From Stegostoma tigrinum (lineage: Eukaryota): 64,000 bases of DNA. The notes below the pieces were generated by a model. It did no database searches, had not been told where the DNA came from, and saw only the letters and a program-made list of their open reading frames with translations. Positions within the stretch are counted from its first letter, which is position 1; every line of letters begins with the position of its first letter. Below, piece by piece: positions 63,715 through 64,000 of this stretch. The position numbers and the translations under genes were made by a program. The stretch is from assembly GCF_030684315.1 (NCBI RefSeq), contig NC_081360.1, forward strand, positions 28,503,818 to 28,567,817, given 5' to 3'.

Positions 63715-64000
63715 ATCTCTTATTCTTCAGTGCAGCACTGAGGGAATGCTGTGTTGTTGGAGGTATCATCTTTCAAATTTGACCTTAAACCGAAGCCTCA
63801 ACTGCCCTTGAATCATGTTCCATTCCACTTCTTAAAGAATAGCAGTAGAGTTCTCCTGGTGTCCTGTCAACATTTATTGCTCAAATAATATCACTGTAAA
63901 CAATTACTATTGTGACATCTCTGCTGCTGTGGGACATTGCTGTGTGAAAAACAGTTGCTGTGCTCGCTAATGTTACTACATTTCAAGAAATACATCATTG
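63715..64000 (+). mobile_element. Deu-domain SINE remnant
   Basis: CAGCACTGAGGGA.TGCTG..GGAGGT..TTAAACCGA..GAGTTCTCCTGGTGTCCTG.CAACATTTAT. Confidence 0.7.

Overview
Eukaryotic (vertebrate) intronic DNA, most likely a cartilaginous fish (shark), judged from the HE1-like V-SINE, Deu-domain SINEs and CR1-rich repeats. The + strand carries seven in-frame GT-AG exons of a type I diacylglycerol kinase, most like DGKG. They cover the second C1 domain, a linker and the start of the catalytic domain, and the gene extends beyond both window ends. The introns hold nested retroelements: CR1 LINEs (one near full-length), Rex1-like and L2-like LINEs, SINEs and a solo LTR. The most striking signal is about 20 short insertions derived from the terminal repeats of Penelope-like elements (PLEs). 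Most carry a minimal hammerhead-ribozyme motif (CUGAnGA-a-GGG..CCC-GAAACGUC) or a decayed or truncated form. About half are head-to-head hairpins joined at or near the ribozyme, consistently with one arm about 35 nt longer, and many have 8-17 bp target-site duplications (TSDs). Repeat boundaries were read by eye and are approximate.
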